This document shows, piece by piece, positions 34,560 to 47,879 of a stretch of DNA of 64,000 bases. The stretch is taken from the NCBI GenBank assembly GCA_964199315.1, contig OZ116703.1, forward strand, positions 28,210,001 to 28,274,000, read 5' to 3'. Positions within the stretch are counted from its first letter, which is position 1. Each line of letters starts with the position of its first letter. The notes under the pieces were generated by a model, which was given only the letters and a program-made list of their open reading frames with translations, ran no database searches and was not told the origin of the DNA. The stretch comes from Orbicella franksi (taxonomy: Eukaryota). Both the position numbers and the translations under genes were made by a program.

Positions 34560-35871
34560 GTTAAAAGGTAAAATGCTCTAAGTGGTGGTATGGCAACCAA
34601 AACGAAACTATACTTCATTCATCCGAAATATATGTAAAGCTCTATCTTTTGAAACTGATGGCCTCGTAATGCCTAGCAAACAGTTAGCTCCACTCCTTAT
34701 ACCTCGAGCCTTCCAGGAAAGGTGATGGGAACTGGCATGGGGTGGATGAACGGAGACTGGGGACTAAGACGGTGTGCATTTCAATCTTAACAGTATAACA
34801 TAAACGATACTTTTCCAACATAGCAAAAAATAACAGATCTGAAGGGAATGCGAGAAAACAAAACAAAGAGGCAGACGAATACTATTTTGTCTTTTGCTGC
34901 TGCAGTACATGGTTGCAACGAATTTGTATTCTCTTCAGAAATATTCTGTTAAGTCTCTGACACTTTGCAGAAAATCTATTTATGTCGATGATTCTGGATA
35001 GCCGTTTGATTCATAACACTTTGACAAATGAGGTTCTAGTTATTTCGAATATTGCGAAAGAACATGACCTGAAAAGATTAAATGATTGCTTCGAGTTAGC
35101 GTGAAAATCCAGGCATATCATATTCTGGTTCGAGGTAGCGTTACCGAGGGTCCGAGGTATCGTACGTGGCTGACCGTAGTTAGTTTAGTTCAACACGGCT
35201 TAGCCACTGGATGGCAGTGATTTTCTCTTGCCTGGTGCATAATCTTCGTAAAATCCTGCGTCGTAGCTCCATTTTTTTTTTTTAGAATACCTCTCTTCTC
35301 TACCCCGTCCTCTTCATCTACTGCAGTCATCAGTACAACTGGAAAGAAACGGAAACGACGGGATTATAAAAACATTTCAAGATTTCTTTCTTCAGATCGA
35401 CTGAAGAAATAGCGCTTAAATTTATAGTGAAGTGGAAACGTGATACAGCCATAAACGAGAGGTCGCTCGAAAATTGAACGTTGTTTAAAGAGGCGTGCAT
35501 TCAGGAACGTTTCTGCGTCGTGTCGGCTTAAGCTCCTCCCAAGCTCTCAGGTTATAAGCTAACGCAAAGACCCCTAACAGGCTTACAGCAGGATTTTGCG
35601 ATATTTATAAATGATTTAGTGGGTGCCAAGCACGTTCGTTAGGAGGCAATCTAAATAAATAAAAATCGGCTTAAAAGTAAAACCATTTAACTTTTAGTTG
35701 ATATAGCCTTGTTAACTGCTACGATATCTTTGGCCCCCCCTTTTTTTTCTTTTAGATCACATTTCGTTTTTATATCGCTAATAAGATGACATAGACCTCT
35801 ACAGAGTCATTATAGAGTGATACAATGTCAATTTTATAAATTGACCTCGTATACCATTTTATGGTATTTTA

Positions 35872-36104
35872 CAATGGTTGATCTAGAGGCCAGGAGGGAC
35901 CCCGTTAATAGAATGTCAGTGCCGGAGGCCCGAAAATCCCCTTTACTCTCACAAACAGCTTTGAAAGTGAAATAAGCTTCACCCAAAATCAATCTGTCTT
36001 TTTTTCAGGAGCCAATAACTCCTACTTCTTTTAAATATAAAAACCACATTAACTCCAACTCTTCCACCCTGACCCTCCTTGTGAAGGCCCCTAGGTCCGC
36101 CATT
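35872..36104. repeat. Decayed MITE
   Basis: CAATGGTTGATCTAG ... CTAGGTCCGCCATTG imperfect TIRs. Confidence 0.4.
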
Positions 36105-36789
36105 GCCCTTTACAAAGACTAAGTTGGATGCGTGTCGTTCAAGTGCTCTTGAAATATATTTTCCATGCGTCCATTGTAGCTTATATTATTCTATTTTTAG
36201 ACACGAGTCTCCATGAGTATCATTTTTATCTTATGTGTTTTGATTGTATTGCGTTCTTGTGTTTGCTTACGTTATGTACCTGACTGCCTCTATATGATTT
36301 TGTTGTAGTATTGCTGTGCGGTCGTTCTATCCCATAACATGGTTATTTCAGGTAGCCAATACTCTTAGCTTCCCTAATTTACTGACACGATTTGTAAATT
36401 ACGAATAAAGAATGGGTAAAATAAAGCGTTGTTAATTAGTTGTTGTTGTTGTTAAAAAGAAAGGAGGTAAAAGAAAAGGGGCATTACTTGGTTAAATATT
36501 CAGAACAGTCATTTATTCAACTTGTTAGTAGTATAAGGCCGTCTTGCCTGTTTGGTTCTTTATGCTGTACAATAAATTCTCTATTGAACAAGTTTGTTCT
36601 ATAAAGATGGCTGCCGATACTGGCGTCTTTTTTGGCAATTTTTTGAGCCTCAACTGTTCTTGGTCCATAAACAGGCAAAAAAAAAAAAAAGAAAAAAAGA
36701 ACTTGGTCATGTCCAACCTTTCTCGTTCATGGAAACTGGAAAAATTAACGCGACCCGAGTTTAGTGACCAGTGGTAGTTGTTGAATTAA

Positions 36790-37135
36790 GGCCGCTGGCG
36801 CTTATTGTTTCTGCGCATCCTTACTGCGCACGCAAATTCACACGCCACGTCATGCATGACAGCGCGCGCTAAGTAATAAAATGAACAATGATAGGGCAGA
36901 TGGCCATTGCTATAGCTTTGCCTAGATTTAACGATCTTGGACGTTCGGTGACCCATATTTTTCTTTCCAGAAGCAGAGTTTATTTACAATTATCTCCACA
37001 TTGTCCAAAAATGAACAAAAAATTAATGTGGGAAGTTAAAAAATTTTCAAGATTTCTGTTCGCGGGACATCAAATCCTGCCATCTTGCGGCTGCAAGGCG
37101 CGTGAAACTATGGTCGCTAAATGCGAACTTGTTCT
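36790..37135. mobile_element. TTAA-flanked non-autonomous element A (Kolobok-like)
   Basis: TTAA|GG...CT|TTAA (TTAA at 36786-36789 and 37136-37139), with RR..YY termini. Confidence 0.5.
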
Positions 37136-37139
37136 TTAA

Positions 37140-38535
37140 GGAAACTCACCAGTTGACTAAATTCACTTAATGGGTCCACTTAAACAATATTTAGCAGAGA
37201 ACATTTTACTTCAAAGTTCTAATTGCAATATTTTTGGGCTTACAGACACTGTGGCCTTATTTGCTAACGAAGCCCAACTTTTTTAGATTTAAGGTGTCTT
37301 TCCGGTCATGTTCTCTCCAAAACGAAGTCGGTGACCCCCCATTTTTTTTACATTTCTGACATAACTAACTCATCATTTTACAGTGGTAAGTGTCTTAAGA
37401 TGAAGAATGTGAATTCCACCTGATCTCACTACATGTGTCAAAACTTAACTCAGAGATGAACCTATAGCTTTACAGTGGAATACAGAAATAAAACTTCAAC
37501 TGAAAATTAGCAGCTCCATATCATGTTCACATACATGAACATGTACATATAGAGTAACATCAGTCCTTTACCTTGGGACTACAATTAAATGAAACTACTA
37601 TAGAACCCATCACAAGGGAACACAAAAACAGAATGTGTTAATCTGTCTCTATTAATTGAATACAAATCTTGGAAAGTTGATTATTCGAAAAAGTTAGTTA
37701 GTTAGTTACTTAGTTTTCCTAACTGTTCCAGCTTATGCCTGTTGAATTTTTATTCAATTTTTAAAATGATTGTTATCATGCTGTACTTCTACTACATGTG
37801 TTCTGCTGCTGTAAAAATTATGTTATTTATAACTCAATTAAAAATATATAATCTGCGTGTATAGGAGACTTTTGGCTACAAAAGCGTTTACGCGCTACAT
37901 AGCTTTACTAACGCTACTTAGCGTTACGCTACTTAATTAGCGTTACTTACTAACGCTACTTAGCGTTTATGTGCTACAGCATGGTAGTCAGTATTTCAGT
38001 GGACTTAATAAGAAAGAAACTGTTCCTATTAAAAGCGGTGGTCATATTGATTTTATTATGTAATAAATAATTATTTATTATAAAATGATTTTACCACAGA
38101 ACAAATTCAGCCACATAAAGGGTTGCAATTAGCAACCTATGCATCACATTTGACCAAAATATGTTTATTTTCCCGTTTTTGACTGCAGTACCACGAAGAA
38201 CTCTACAATGATCAATTTCTCGTCTCTTTTTATTCAACTACCTTTTCTACATTCATCCAGTAGGCCATTTCCAAGTTGCCTTTTGCCTCTGTGCCAAAAC
38301 GAGTCTAAGTGCGAAACCATTCATACGACTTCCGCCTACAGGTTCATTTTCGTGCAAATCAAACTCAGTTTTGCACGACGACTCCTTTTGAAACTGAGGC
38401 ACAAAGAAACATTCATCCATGAGCTGGCTCACAGGAGCCTATGATTTTTACATTTCTGACATAACTAGCTCATCATTTCCCAGTGGTAAAAGTCTCAGAA
38501 AAAATCAGTGTTGGAAAATTTTCGCGCGAACGTCC
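37140..38535. mobile_element. TTAA-flanked element B (Kolobok-like), interrupted by ~1.05 kb of unrelated DNA
   Basis: TTAA|GGAAAC...CGTCC|TTAA. A 46-bp segment occurs at both 37344-37389 and 38444-38489. Confidence 0.55.
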
Positions 38536-40145
38536 TTAAATACTTTATTTTTAGGCAAAGCGCTTAAAAAAGTTCTTCATGTACCTTAATTGTCTACAAT
38601 TCGCCCCTGTAGAGTCCCAAGGTTGAATACTGGCTATGTTCACCTTCTTGGAAAGGCAAGGATGAGGAAGTCCTTGCAGAAAATGGCATAGATGCCAAAT
38701 GATCAAGTTATAAAGACGGAATAATTCTACCGATTAGGAGATACCCACAAAAGACACTTTAAAAGTAGAAATCTTGAAATTAGTTGTGCTTGAATTGAAA
38801 TGAAGTGAAACTCTTCAGCATTGGTCTAACCCTCTAGTCTTGTTACTAAATGAAAGCCTTGCATGTTGTGGGTAATACATGTTTGGAAATTGAGACCGAA
38901 TTGATGTTAAACAAACTGATCAGATTTTTTTTTGATATGTTTATATTTGTGGCTTTTACACAACTTTCTTCCTATCGTATCACAGTCCCAATGTTGCCAA
39001 CGAACAATCCGAGCACGCCCTGCGTGCCTATCTTGGCAAACGCCTGACTGCCTTCAGTTTACAGGCCTTGGTCCGTAAAAAGCCAACACAACTGAGAATA
39101 AGACACGTTGTCCATTTAAAACGTGATGATCAATTTCAAGATCCCGAAGACAGATGTACAGCTTCTTCCTCGCTTTTGTTTTAAGAATATCACAAAGGAC
39201 TTCAAGAACCAACTTCTTGAAACTATTTAACGAATTTTCATGCGAAAGACCTTTACCTTCTTCTGGAAGAAAATATCATTTTACGAGTACGAGTGAGTGC
39301 GTGCTTTACTCGAGAATGTTTTTATTCATATTATTGTATGCTCTATTGGTTGACGCACAGAAAATCTCTATGAAACATTCTGATGCAGCAAAACATATTT
39401 TCCACAATGGAATCCCGATTTTACGGTCATCGATTCAACGATCAACATTCTTTGTGTGAGTTCGTTATATAGTGAATGTACTGTGAAGGTCTCAGTGCAT
39501 ATGATTAAGAGAAAAAAAGAATCGAATTTACAATCCTCAAGAAATGCCGTGGGAAACTGGATTGTTTAATTTAAGAAATGCTCTTCCAAAAACAAAAAAC
39601 CAACACTTAACATTCAGTCTGACTCCATTAAAGCAAAACTTTTTATTTGACAGTTCAAGGGCACCACGCTTGGTATTTTTATTTTTATTCATCGATTATT
39701 TTTATCTCTTAATCACATGCACTGAGTCCTTCACACGTACATTCACTATATAACGAACTCACATAACGTATCTTATTTGAATTTGAGAATGATGAATATC
39801 GCTGGTTTTTATTCTTAATTGTTTATCGAAAACCTTAGTTATTAGAACATTCTTTGTCCCGGCAAAATTTACAGCCGAAATTGTATGGCTTTGACTGTTG
39901 ACGGTTAAAGATAAGCCCCCTTTTTGACGGTTGACGGTTAAATTTTAGATCATTTGACGGTTGATGGTTAATTTTTCGAAATGAAGTTTATAACATGAAA
40001 TTAGAGTGCAAACTTGGCTGTGATTTGTCACAAATGGATACAATTTTGCCCATATTTGAATAGGTTCAATTAGTCCTATAATTTGTGCATTAAAAAATAG
40101 GTCTTTGGTCTTCAACTTTTCCTTTGTTACCGCTGGACGCATTAA

Positions 40146-41940
40146 GAGGCCCTGCGCCTAAGAAACGACCGATGATTTCCGGCTAAAAAATAAAATCGGC
40201 CGATTTTTATCTCCCAAGTAGAGGTTACCGAATACTATTTAAAAATGAATTTCTTTTGTTTCAGTTTAGCTTTAAACCAAAAATATCGAGCCGCAAACTT
40301 TTTCCGTCTGATAGCAGCAAAATCAGGCCGAAAATAAGCCCGCAAAATACTGTTCAGAAATTACTATCGCAACGCAAAATAATGAGAAAACTACACAGTG
40401 TTGAAGAAAAAGGCCTTTTAATGCAATATCATTCGATAAACATCAAAAAACTGCCTGAGAGATTAAAAAATAACGTTTCAAATGTTGCATACTAAATTAG
40501 ATGGAGCGTTGGAGCTGATTTTAAAATAATTATTTCTCAAAAGTCCAACGCTTTTGAAAGCAATCACAGTGATGAATTAGACATTGGAGGGATACACATC
40601 ACGTTTCTGGAAAAACATTTTTCGGCCAAAGTATATTGACCTTGTGCAAAACGTTCAAAGTTACCGTGTTTACCGTTATCCTGTTACTTCGGCGAAACAC
40701 TTTTCTTTTGCCAATACGGCCGTGGATAGCGTGTTAAACGCCACTTTAAACCTTGCTAGGCATTCAAAGACCATCCTGAGTAGAAGGACGTAGAATTGAA
40801 AGAGACAGGAAGATGAAAAATACACAGAAAAAGAAAATAACTCGAAATTACCATCTGCTAACGAAAGTTGAATCTGGAAAATGTCGTCGCGTGACAGCGG
40901 CCATTGACGTCATTTGTACAAATAGCGGCGGAATGCAAACGAATGCACAAATAGGGAAACAATTTTTCCCGGCCAGAAAACGTTTAGTGGAACAATGTTA
41001 TGTTATTTTTCACCAATGATGGTCACTCAAAGAGAAAAACTTCCCCAACCGCCACACCGTTTTGGCCGCAGCATGATCTGAGTTATGGGGTCACGACTGG
41101 ATCCCTAGCCGCTGACCGCCCGAAGGACATTGCAGACTCGTTTTCCCACGCTCTTGCGACTTGACGTGACAAATGACGTCAATGGCCGCTGTCACACGAC
41201 GACATTTTCCAGATTCAACTTTCGTTAGCAGATGGTAATTTCGAGTTATTTTCTTTTTCTGCGTATTTTTCATCTTCCTTTCTCTTTCAATTCTACATCC
41301 TTCTACTCAGGATGGTCTTTGAATGCCTAGCAAGGTTTAAAGTGGCGTTTAACACGCTATCCACGGCCGTATTGGCAAAAGAAAAGTGTTTCGCCGAAGT
41401 AACAGGATAACGGTAAACACGGTAACTTTGAACGCTTTGCACAAGGTCAATATACTTTGGCCGAAAAATGTTTTTCCAGAAACGTGATGTGTATCCTTCC
41501 AATGTCTAATTCATCACTGTGATTGCTTTCAACAGCGTTGGACTTTTGAGAAATAATTATTTTAAAATCAGCTCCAACGTTCCATCTAATTTAGTATGCA
41601 ACATTTGAAACGTTATTTTTTAATCGCTTCGGCAGTTTTTTGATGTTTATCGAATGATATTGCATTAAAAGGCCTTTTTCTTCAACACTGTGTAGTTTTC
41701 TCATTATTTTGCGTTGCGATAGTAATTTCTGAACAGTATTTTGCGGGCTTATTTTCGGCCTGATTTTGCTGCTATCAGACGGAAAAAGTTTGCGGCTCGA
41801 TATTTTTGGTTTAAAGCTAAACTGAAACAAAAGAAATTCATTTTTAAATAGTATTCGGTAACCTCTACTTGGGAGATAAAAATCGGCCGATTTTATTTTT
41901 TAGCCGGAAATCATCGGTCGTTTCTTAGGCGCTGGGCCTC
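40146..41940. mobile_element. Foldback-like element with 772-bp TIRs and a 251-bp spacer, TTAA TSD (Kolobok-like termini)
   Basis: TTAA|GAGGCCC ... GGGCCTC|TTAA. Arms 40146-40917 and 41169-41940 differ by about a dozen substitutions. The ORF track shows mirrored ORF pairs. Confidence 0.85.
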
Positions 41941-44811
41941 TTAATCGCCTGCTACCGAGACTAGAAGTCAAAAGACTTGCATAGTCTATAAATGTATTTT
42001 TGTGGCATATCAAAACGATCATTTTTGAACACCATACACACCAAACATTTCGTAAACGGTCAATGCCAATTTCGCGACACTTGGAAATTTTTTAACTATC
42101 AAGGAATTTTTCTCTACGAAAAAAAAGAAAATTTGTAAGTGACCACCCAGTATCGAACCCGAAACCTATGTTTCCTAACATCCCTCTTCTACCACGACAC
42201 TACGCAAAAATTAATTATAAAAAGTGACTTTCTTAAATATCAATGATAATGTTGCCCCCCCAACCATCAAATAAAAGCTAACCGCAAGCAAACCAGTGTG
42301 AATATGAACAATCAAGCATTTGGCAAGTGCGTTTTACTCAATCAACAAATTAAAACCAGTTTCTACCTTGTCCAGGCCTATACTAAAGCAGATATGGCAT
42401 CGTCCATTCTGAAAGGCTTGGTTACCAATGATGGCATCGACCGTTTACGAAACGGAAATCAGCAGCATAGACACCATGCTTTAGCCGCAAGGGTCGCTGA
42501 ATTGTACTGCCAGGACGCCGAAACCCCCTTCACTCGACAAAAGTTTCCCGCCTCAAGATTCCTTTTACCTTCTTTGAAGGCCAGGGAAAGTTCAGTGAAG
42601 CCTTTTTAAAATCATTCAAAAGTCAAGTAGCGGTATTTTGAAGGTCCTCCCGCTGTAACCGAATGAACTGGGTCTCGCTGAACAAAGTATAGGTATCAAA
42701 GGTATTTTTGATTTAGTTCGTTTCTACGACTTTGCTACTCTTGGATTGTGTAATCCTTGGTAAAATTATATAAGGTAAATCCTCTGAGATCCAACATATA
42801 AACAATGTTGTTGCCTTGATCCCGTCTCAGATGAATATATCACTTTTGCACTTGACAGTATTATTTAGCTTTGTATCGCATTCAGTCAAGCACTCTAGTT
42901 AGGTTTCATTAAAAATAATGCATTGCAGCCATCAACAGTGCCAGATATGTTTTCGTGATTATCTCTGTCGATACCAAAAAGTTTCATTGGGATAGCAAAC
43001 GGACAAAGAAAGCTAAGATTGTCTCTTTCGCTTTCCCTTAATTCCCTAATGTCAATAAAGCAGAACTGAGATCCATCCCGTTCAAAGCAATCAGAGCTAA
43101 AAAAGAAGTCTACCTACTGACACGATCTTACAACTATCACCTGTAAACCTTAGTTTGTTTCTTTTATCTTCGTTAAAAGTTATAAAGATCAAGATTCGTG
43201 GCTGATTTGCAAAGGAAGTGATTATTTTTTGTTTATGTGATTTTAAATGAAATTTACGCTTTATGTCTTTGAGCAGGTGAAGGTTCCTTTTTTTTTTTTT
43301 TAAACCTCACTTTCATTCAACTTCCGTTTTTCCCTAAATTAGTGTATTCCGGGAACAAGATTTACTCCGAAATGAGCGCTTGTGTGGTTATTCCAGAACA
43401 TACCCTGTTGCTTTGAAGTACGACTGAACAAGTACGGATATTTCAGAGAGGTATGAGAGTGATTTTTTACTTTGGTAAGCTCAATCAAGGAAATGGTGAA
43501 ACTTTAAATTAATTGTTTAAGGCCGAATCATTTCTTTCCAAAGTGGTTTCTAGCGGCGTTCTCCTGCGAGAATATGAATATATGAACACATGAGCATATG
43601 ATCGGCACTCGCACGGGGATATGAACAAAAACAATATTTTTGCTCTCAATATTTATAATGGCTTTAGATATCTTATTTTTCTGAGTGATGTTCCCAGGTA
43701 TACTGCTCTGAAATTATCGTATGAGTTTTGAAAATTAAATGTAATTTATGAGATTTTGGGTTTGAAGTAATTCCGAGAAATCGAGGAACTTCGGATCGAA
43801 GAGATTGCTGAAGAGATCGTCTTGTTTTGGAATTTTCTTTCTTGTTGAAAGATCAAGCGTTGTATTGAGTTGTAAGCAAGGTTCGAAAAACGGTCATTTC
43901 ATGCATGCGTGTAATTTAGATTTGTTTCCAGGAAAACCGAGTGATCGACTTACTTACGCTAAAATTACTAGATGTGTGAGTGAGTTTTTGATGAAGCAGG
44001 AAGTTCGACATAATTCCAAGAAATCGAGGAACGTAAAAGTAATTGTTTCATGAATAATACATATCTCCTAGATATGGCCCTGTTTGTTTTATTATATTAT
44101 ATTTTTTTCACAAACTTTGTAGGGCGAACACTGAGCGAAAGCAAACCATTTTAGCCAAACAACGCCGGATTTTCGTCTAGTGAGAACGCGGAGTCAAATT
44201 TCTCAGTCAAGGCAAGTTATGCATGCTCGCATTAATTGGAACCCTATTCGGTGAAACATTTATTATGTAAGAATCAAAAATATTGTTTTTCTGCTCTTGT
44301 TTCCTTTAAGTGACGTCGTTTAAACGTGCGGTTGCTTTCTGTGGCAAGAATTGTTTTCTGGAACCCACTGAGTGTCTCCTGAGTTGGCAATGTTCTGACG
44401 GATTCCTCGAAAGATGTTCTTTAATTGACTTTAGTTTTGAATAAATTAGTACGTGTATTTTGTTCGTTTTGAAAACATTCAGCTGGTTTCCCAACGAGTG
44501 TTCGTCAGTAAGATTCATTATTAAGATCGAGAACGTTTGGTATATCAACTGATATGCAAAAAGGTAAGTTTTGAAACGGGAAGGTGCTTGCCAAAGTTTT
44601 GGTTTTTGCATCAGAACTATAATGGAAATATGTTGAGCATTTCAGATCGATTAAGATGCACTTAACTGCCTTTTATCTACCTAAATCTGAAAGAACAATA
44701 ATAGTGCAAGAGTACTATCGTATAGAATTAAATGGGAAAAAAAGCAAATCTAGCTATTTAATTAAAACAAACTTTCCATCTTCACACAGTTTTGCTAGTC
44801 TTGAGCGTGAG

Positions 44812-45192
44812 ATGGAGGACCGAGCAATGCTAGCGACATTGGCTTTTGAAGCCTCAGCAACCTACGAACAAGTCCGGCCGAGTTATACAGTTGAATCTGT
44901 AAAGTTCCTCTTGAAAAAGCTTGGCATCCTAGAGCAGGAGAGAGTGCAACCCCTCAGTATACTTGAATTAGGCTGCGGTACAGGAAAATTCACTCGAGTT
45001 ATGATGGAAGTGTTAGAGGGTGTCGACGCACGGGTAATAGCGAGTGATCCAACTGATACCATGATACGACAGTTCCAAAGAATTTTGCCTAAAGTCGAGG
45101 TGCTCCAGTGCTATGCTGAGAACATTGGTAGGTTTGCTTTTATCTTATTTATGTCACCTTACAAAAAAACAAAAAAACAAAAACAAACAAAC

Positions 45193-45228
<36 letters not shown>

Positions 45229-46639
45229 AAACAGAATCGGAGCATGTTTAAGGTCTCTGCACGGTGACAAGGATCATCCGACAGTTACTAGCTAAACTCA
45301 GTCGCGGAAGCATTCCGATTGCTTTAAATACAATTATGTAGTTGGATTCTTGCGCTGATCATGAATATGATTGTCGAAAGAGGATAAGAAGCCTTAAAGT
45401 GTTTATCTCAAATACTTCAAGAACACTTGAAATGATATCGGGGTTAGGTTCACACGATTTGAATGAAAATATGAAAGAAACTTTTTACAATAAAAGCAGA
45501 AATTCTCGTGCGCTCATTGGCTAATTTTTATTGTCAATGAACGAATAGACACATGATTTATAATCTATGCGATAATTTATTGTAAAAACAAAAAGACGTC
45601 AGTTTATTAAATATGTATGCAGACACAGCTTAAATTTTCCGAGCTCTCGACCTTCAGGTTTCCATAATATTAAAATAGAACTCTAGCATTATTAAGTTAT
45701 CTTTAATCATTGAACACGTGTACTTGAAAAAGAAAAACCTCAGGACACGTTACAGACCTTAGAGTAGTTAAATTATGTTAGTTATTTGCGTAGATTTTTA
45801 TGTGTAGATGTATTTATAAGTTTTATAAATCTATTAGTACTCTATCTCCCTATCACGGATTTTCGTTCTCTGATTGGCTACGCTACTCACTGTCTATTGT
45901 GTTGTAGATAGTGAGTAGCGTAGCAGTGTGCCCTTGTTAACAAATTGACGGCCGCTTCTTCGCGTTTTCGAAGTGTGTGTGAAGAGGATTTAGATAAAGT
46001 TTTGAACGACTAGTAGATTTATACTAAAACAGTCAGACTACTCGCGTTCGATTTCTATCGCGCGATAGTTCAGTCGGGCTTAGCCATCGTCAACTATCAC
46101 ATGATAGAAATCTCGAGCTCATGATCTAATTGTTTAATATAGCTCTTCCAGACTCGAGTGTTGATGCAGTTGTGGCAGCCCACTGTTTCCACTGGTTTGC
46201 AAACCAAGATGCTGTGACCGAGATATACCGGGTATTAACCCCTGGGGGATCCCTAGGAATGATCTGGACCATCCCAGATGAGTCGGTTCCTTGGGTGAAA
46301 GATGTGTCAACTTTTTTTCGCCCACTGGAGGAAGACTTCAAGTGCACTACTTCTAAAGAAACCATGGGGAAAGTTTTTGAAGAAGTTAGTGAGCGCTTTA
46401 CTGTCGAGAAGGATTCTAGTGTTAAGATTTCGTGGCAGGTTACCTACGATGGCTGCTACAAGTGCTTCGCTTCAAAGGGCATTTTGCAAAGTAGCTCGGA
46501 TGAAATCAAAGGACAGTTTAAGACTTGGTTCGATAATGTTATGACAAAGCATTTTCCTGTAAGGAAAGAAAACCAGAAGTTCACTTTTCCTTTAGTTTTC
46601 TTGATCTGTTGGTGTAGAAAAATCAACCACGAAATTTAG
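44812..46639 (+). CDS. Class I SAM-dependent methyltransferase (Methyltransf_11-like, ~270 aa); exons 44812-45127 and 46143-46639
   Basis: YEQVRPSYT, motif I ILELGCGTGKFT, VIASDP, AENI, phase-1 GT..AG intron, then ALPDSSVDAVVAAHCFHWF and EIYRVLTPGGSLGMIW. Stop TAG at 46637-46639. The start codon is the best guess; an upstream exon via the AG at 44788-44789 is possible. Confidence 0.88.
45178..45230. repeat. (CAAA)n/(CAA)n microsatellite in the methyltransferase intron
   Basis: Direct reading. Confidence 0.9.
45835..46138. repeat. Interspersed repeat ending just before the methyltransferase exon 2 acceptor
   Basis: CTGATTGG motif, internal hairpin (TTTCTATCGCGCGATAGTT / AACTATCACATGATAGAAA), end TCTAATTGTTTAA. 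Confidence 0.45.
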
Positions 46640-47879
46640 GTTTTTGTGGTACATGAGGGAGATAAGCCCCTAAATGGTCGGCTTTCCTTATATTCACATC
46701 GTCTTCCAGAATATTTGTGAAGGTATCCCTTGTTTATTACATCACGGTCAACCCAAAATCCTATAAAAGCGTGTGCATGACTTTTTGTTAATTTTGCAAA
46801 TGTCCAAATCAATGATGTATTTAGATATTGTACAAATAAAAATTTAGACAGTTCCGTGTGCGACATAATGATAGTTTTACTGCAACCTCAAAGCTTTACG
46901 AATACACCGACGAGAAAATAACACAAAGTCTATTAAGCCGTTACTACTTATGTCAAGTTGTGTCTCAACTAGAGTTCGCTCCATAAAGCCCAGCTTAAAG
47001 GAAACTAAGAGCTTTGGAGTCACTCCAAGTTTTATACTGTTAATACTTAGGACGCTTAAACGCTTCGGACGCTTGAAAATTTCGGACGGTTTTATTTTCG
47101 GACACCATTTTTGTCGGAAATTAAAATCGTCCGAAGTTTTTTGCAAGTGATATAAAAGGATTTAATGCTGCCCAATTTGGAAATGATTAATTGAATTAAA
47201 AAGGCAATTCCTCTGAATAGCAAATTGGACTCGGCCTACGGCTTCGTTCAAAAAATTTGGCTCTCGTTGCAATTTGTCTTTTTTTTTCATTCAGTAACAC
47301 AGTAATTACTTTCAAGCTATATTCCCTCGCAAAATCTCTTAGTCACGATGGGGTAAGATCGTCTTAGGACGAGTACAATTTTCGGATTTCAGGAACAAAA
47401 TACGGAAAACCGAAAACTATTGAATTGTTTTGCACTTTTACCTTTTAGTTGAACGTTGAATAGCGATTTAAGCCTTGAGTTTACTCTGAAATGTTGCTTG
47501 GAAGAGCGAGTAGTCATTAGGCCCTTTGCACGATCCGGTCACATGGTACAAAATCACACATGCTGGAACGCAGGTTGCACAGTGGGAAGTCCCACTGTTC
47601 AACATGCGTCCCAGCATGTGTGATTATAGTAATACGTTCTCTTGCGTGTTATTTCTCCACTTATTTTTCTATTTCGTCTTGCTCACGGGCGTCATTTTTA
47701 TTGTTGTGATGTATTTTGTTTCTGTCATCGTGGAAAGAACCCAAACAGTGCTCATCTTAATAAGGAAAATTTCCAAATAGCCCCGTGCATTTTCATGTAC
47801 TACGCATGGACTCTATTTTAACGGAATATATAAAAACAATAGCCTCTATTTGGCGCGAAAATATGCTCGGATATTAGGA

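Noticed and set aside
39150-39450. Possible decayed 3' end of a LINE reverse transcriptase on - (..SLNSFKKLVLEVLCDIL..)
   Set aside because: Similarity too loose to support without a profile search.
40256-41830. Three mirrored pairs of 60-79 aa ORFs, and a faint THAP-like trace in the spacer
   Set aside because: The ORFs are a by-product of the palindrome with no homology signal; the THAP-like trace needs several frameshifts.
42298-42760. 103-aa ORF with coding-like composition
   Set aside because: No recognisable domain, and neighbouring frames contain stops.
44656-45267. 203-aa ORF with N-terminal extension and polyQ tail
   Set aside because: Only 44812-45127 is methyltransferase exon. 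The polyQ is the intronic (CAA)n read past the donor at 45128.
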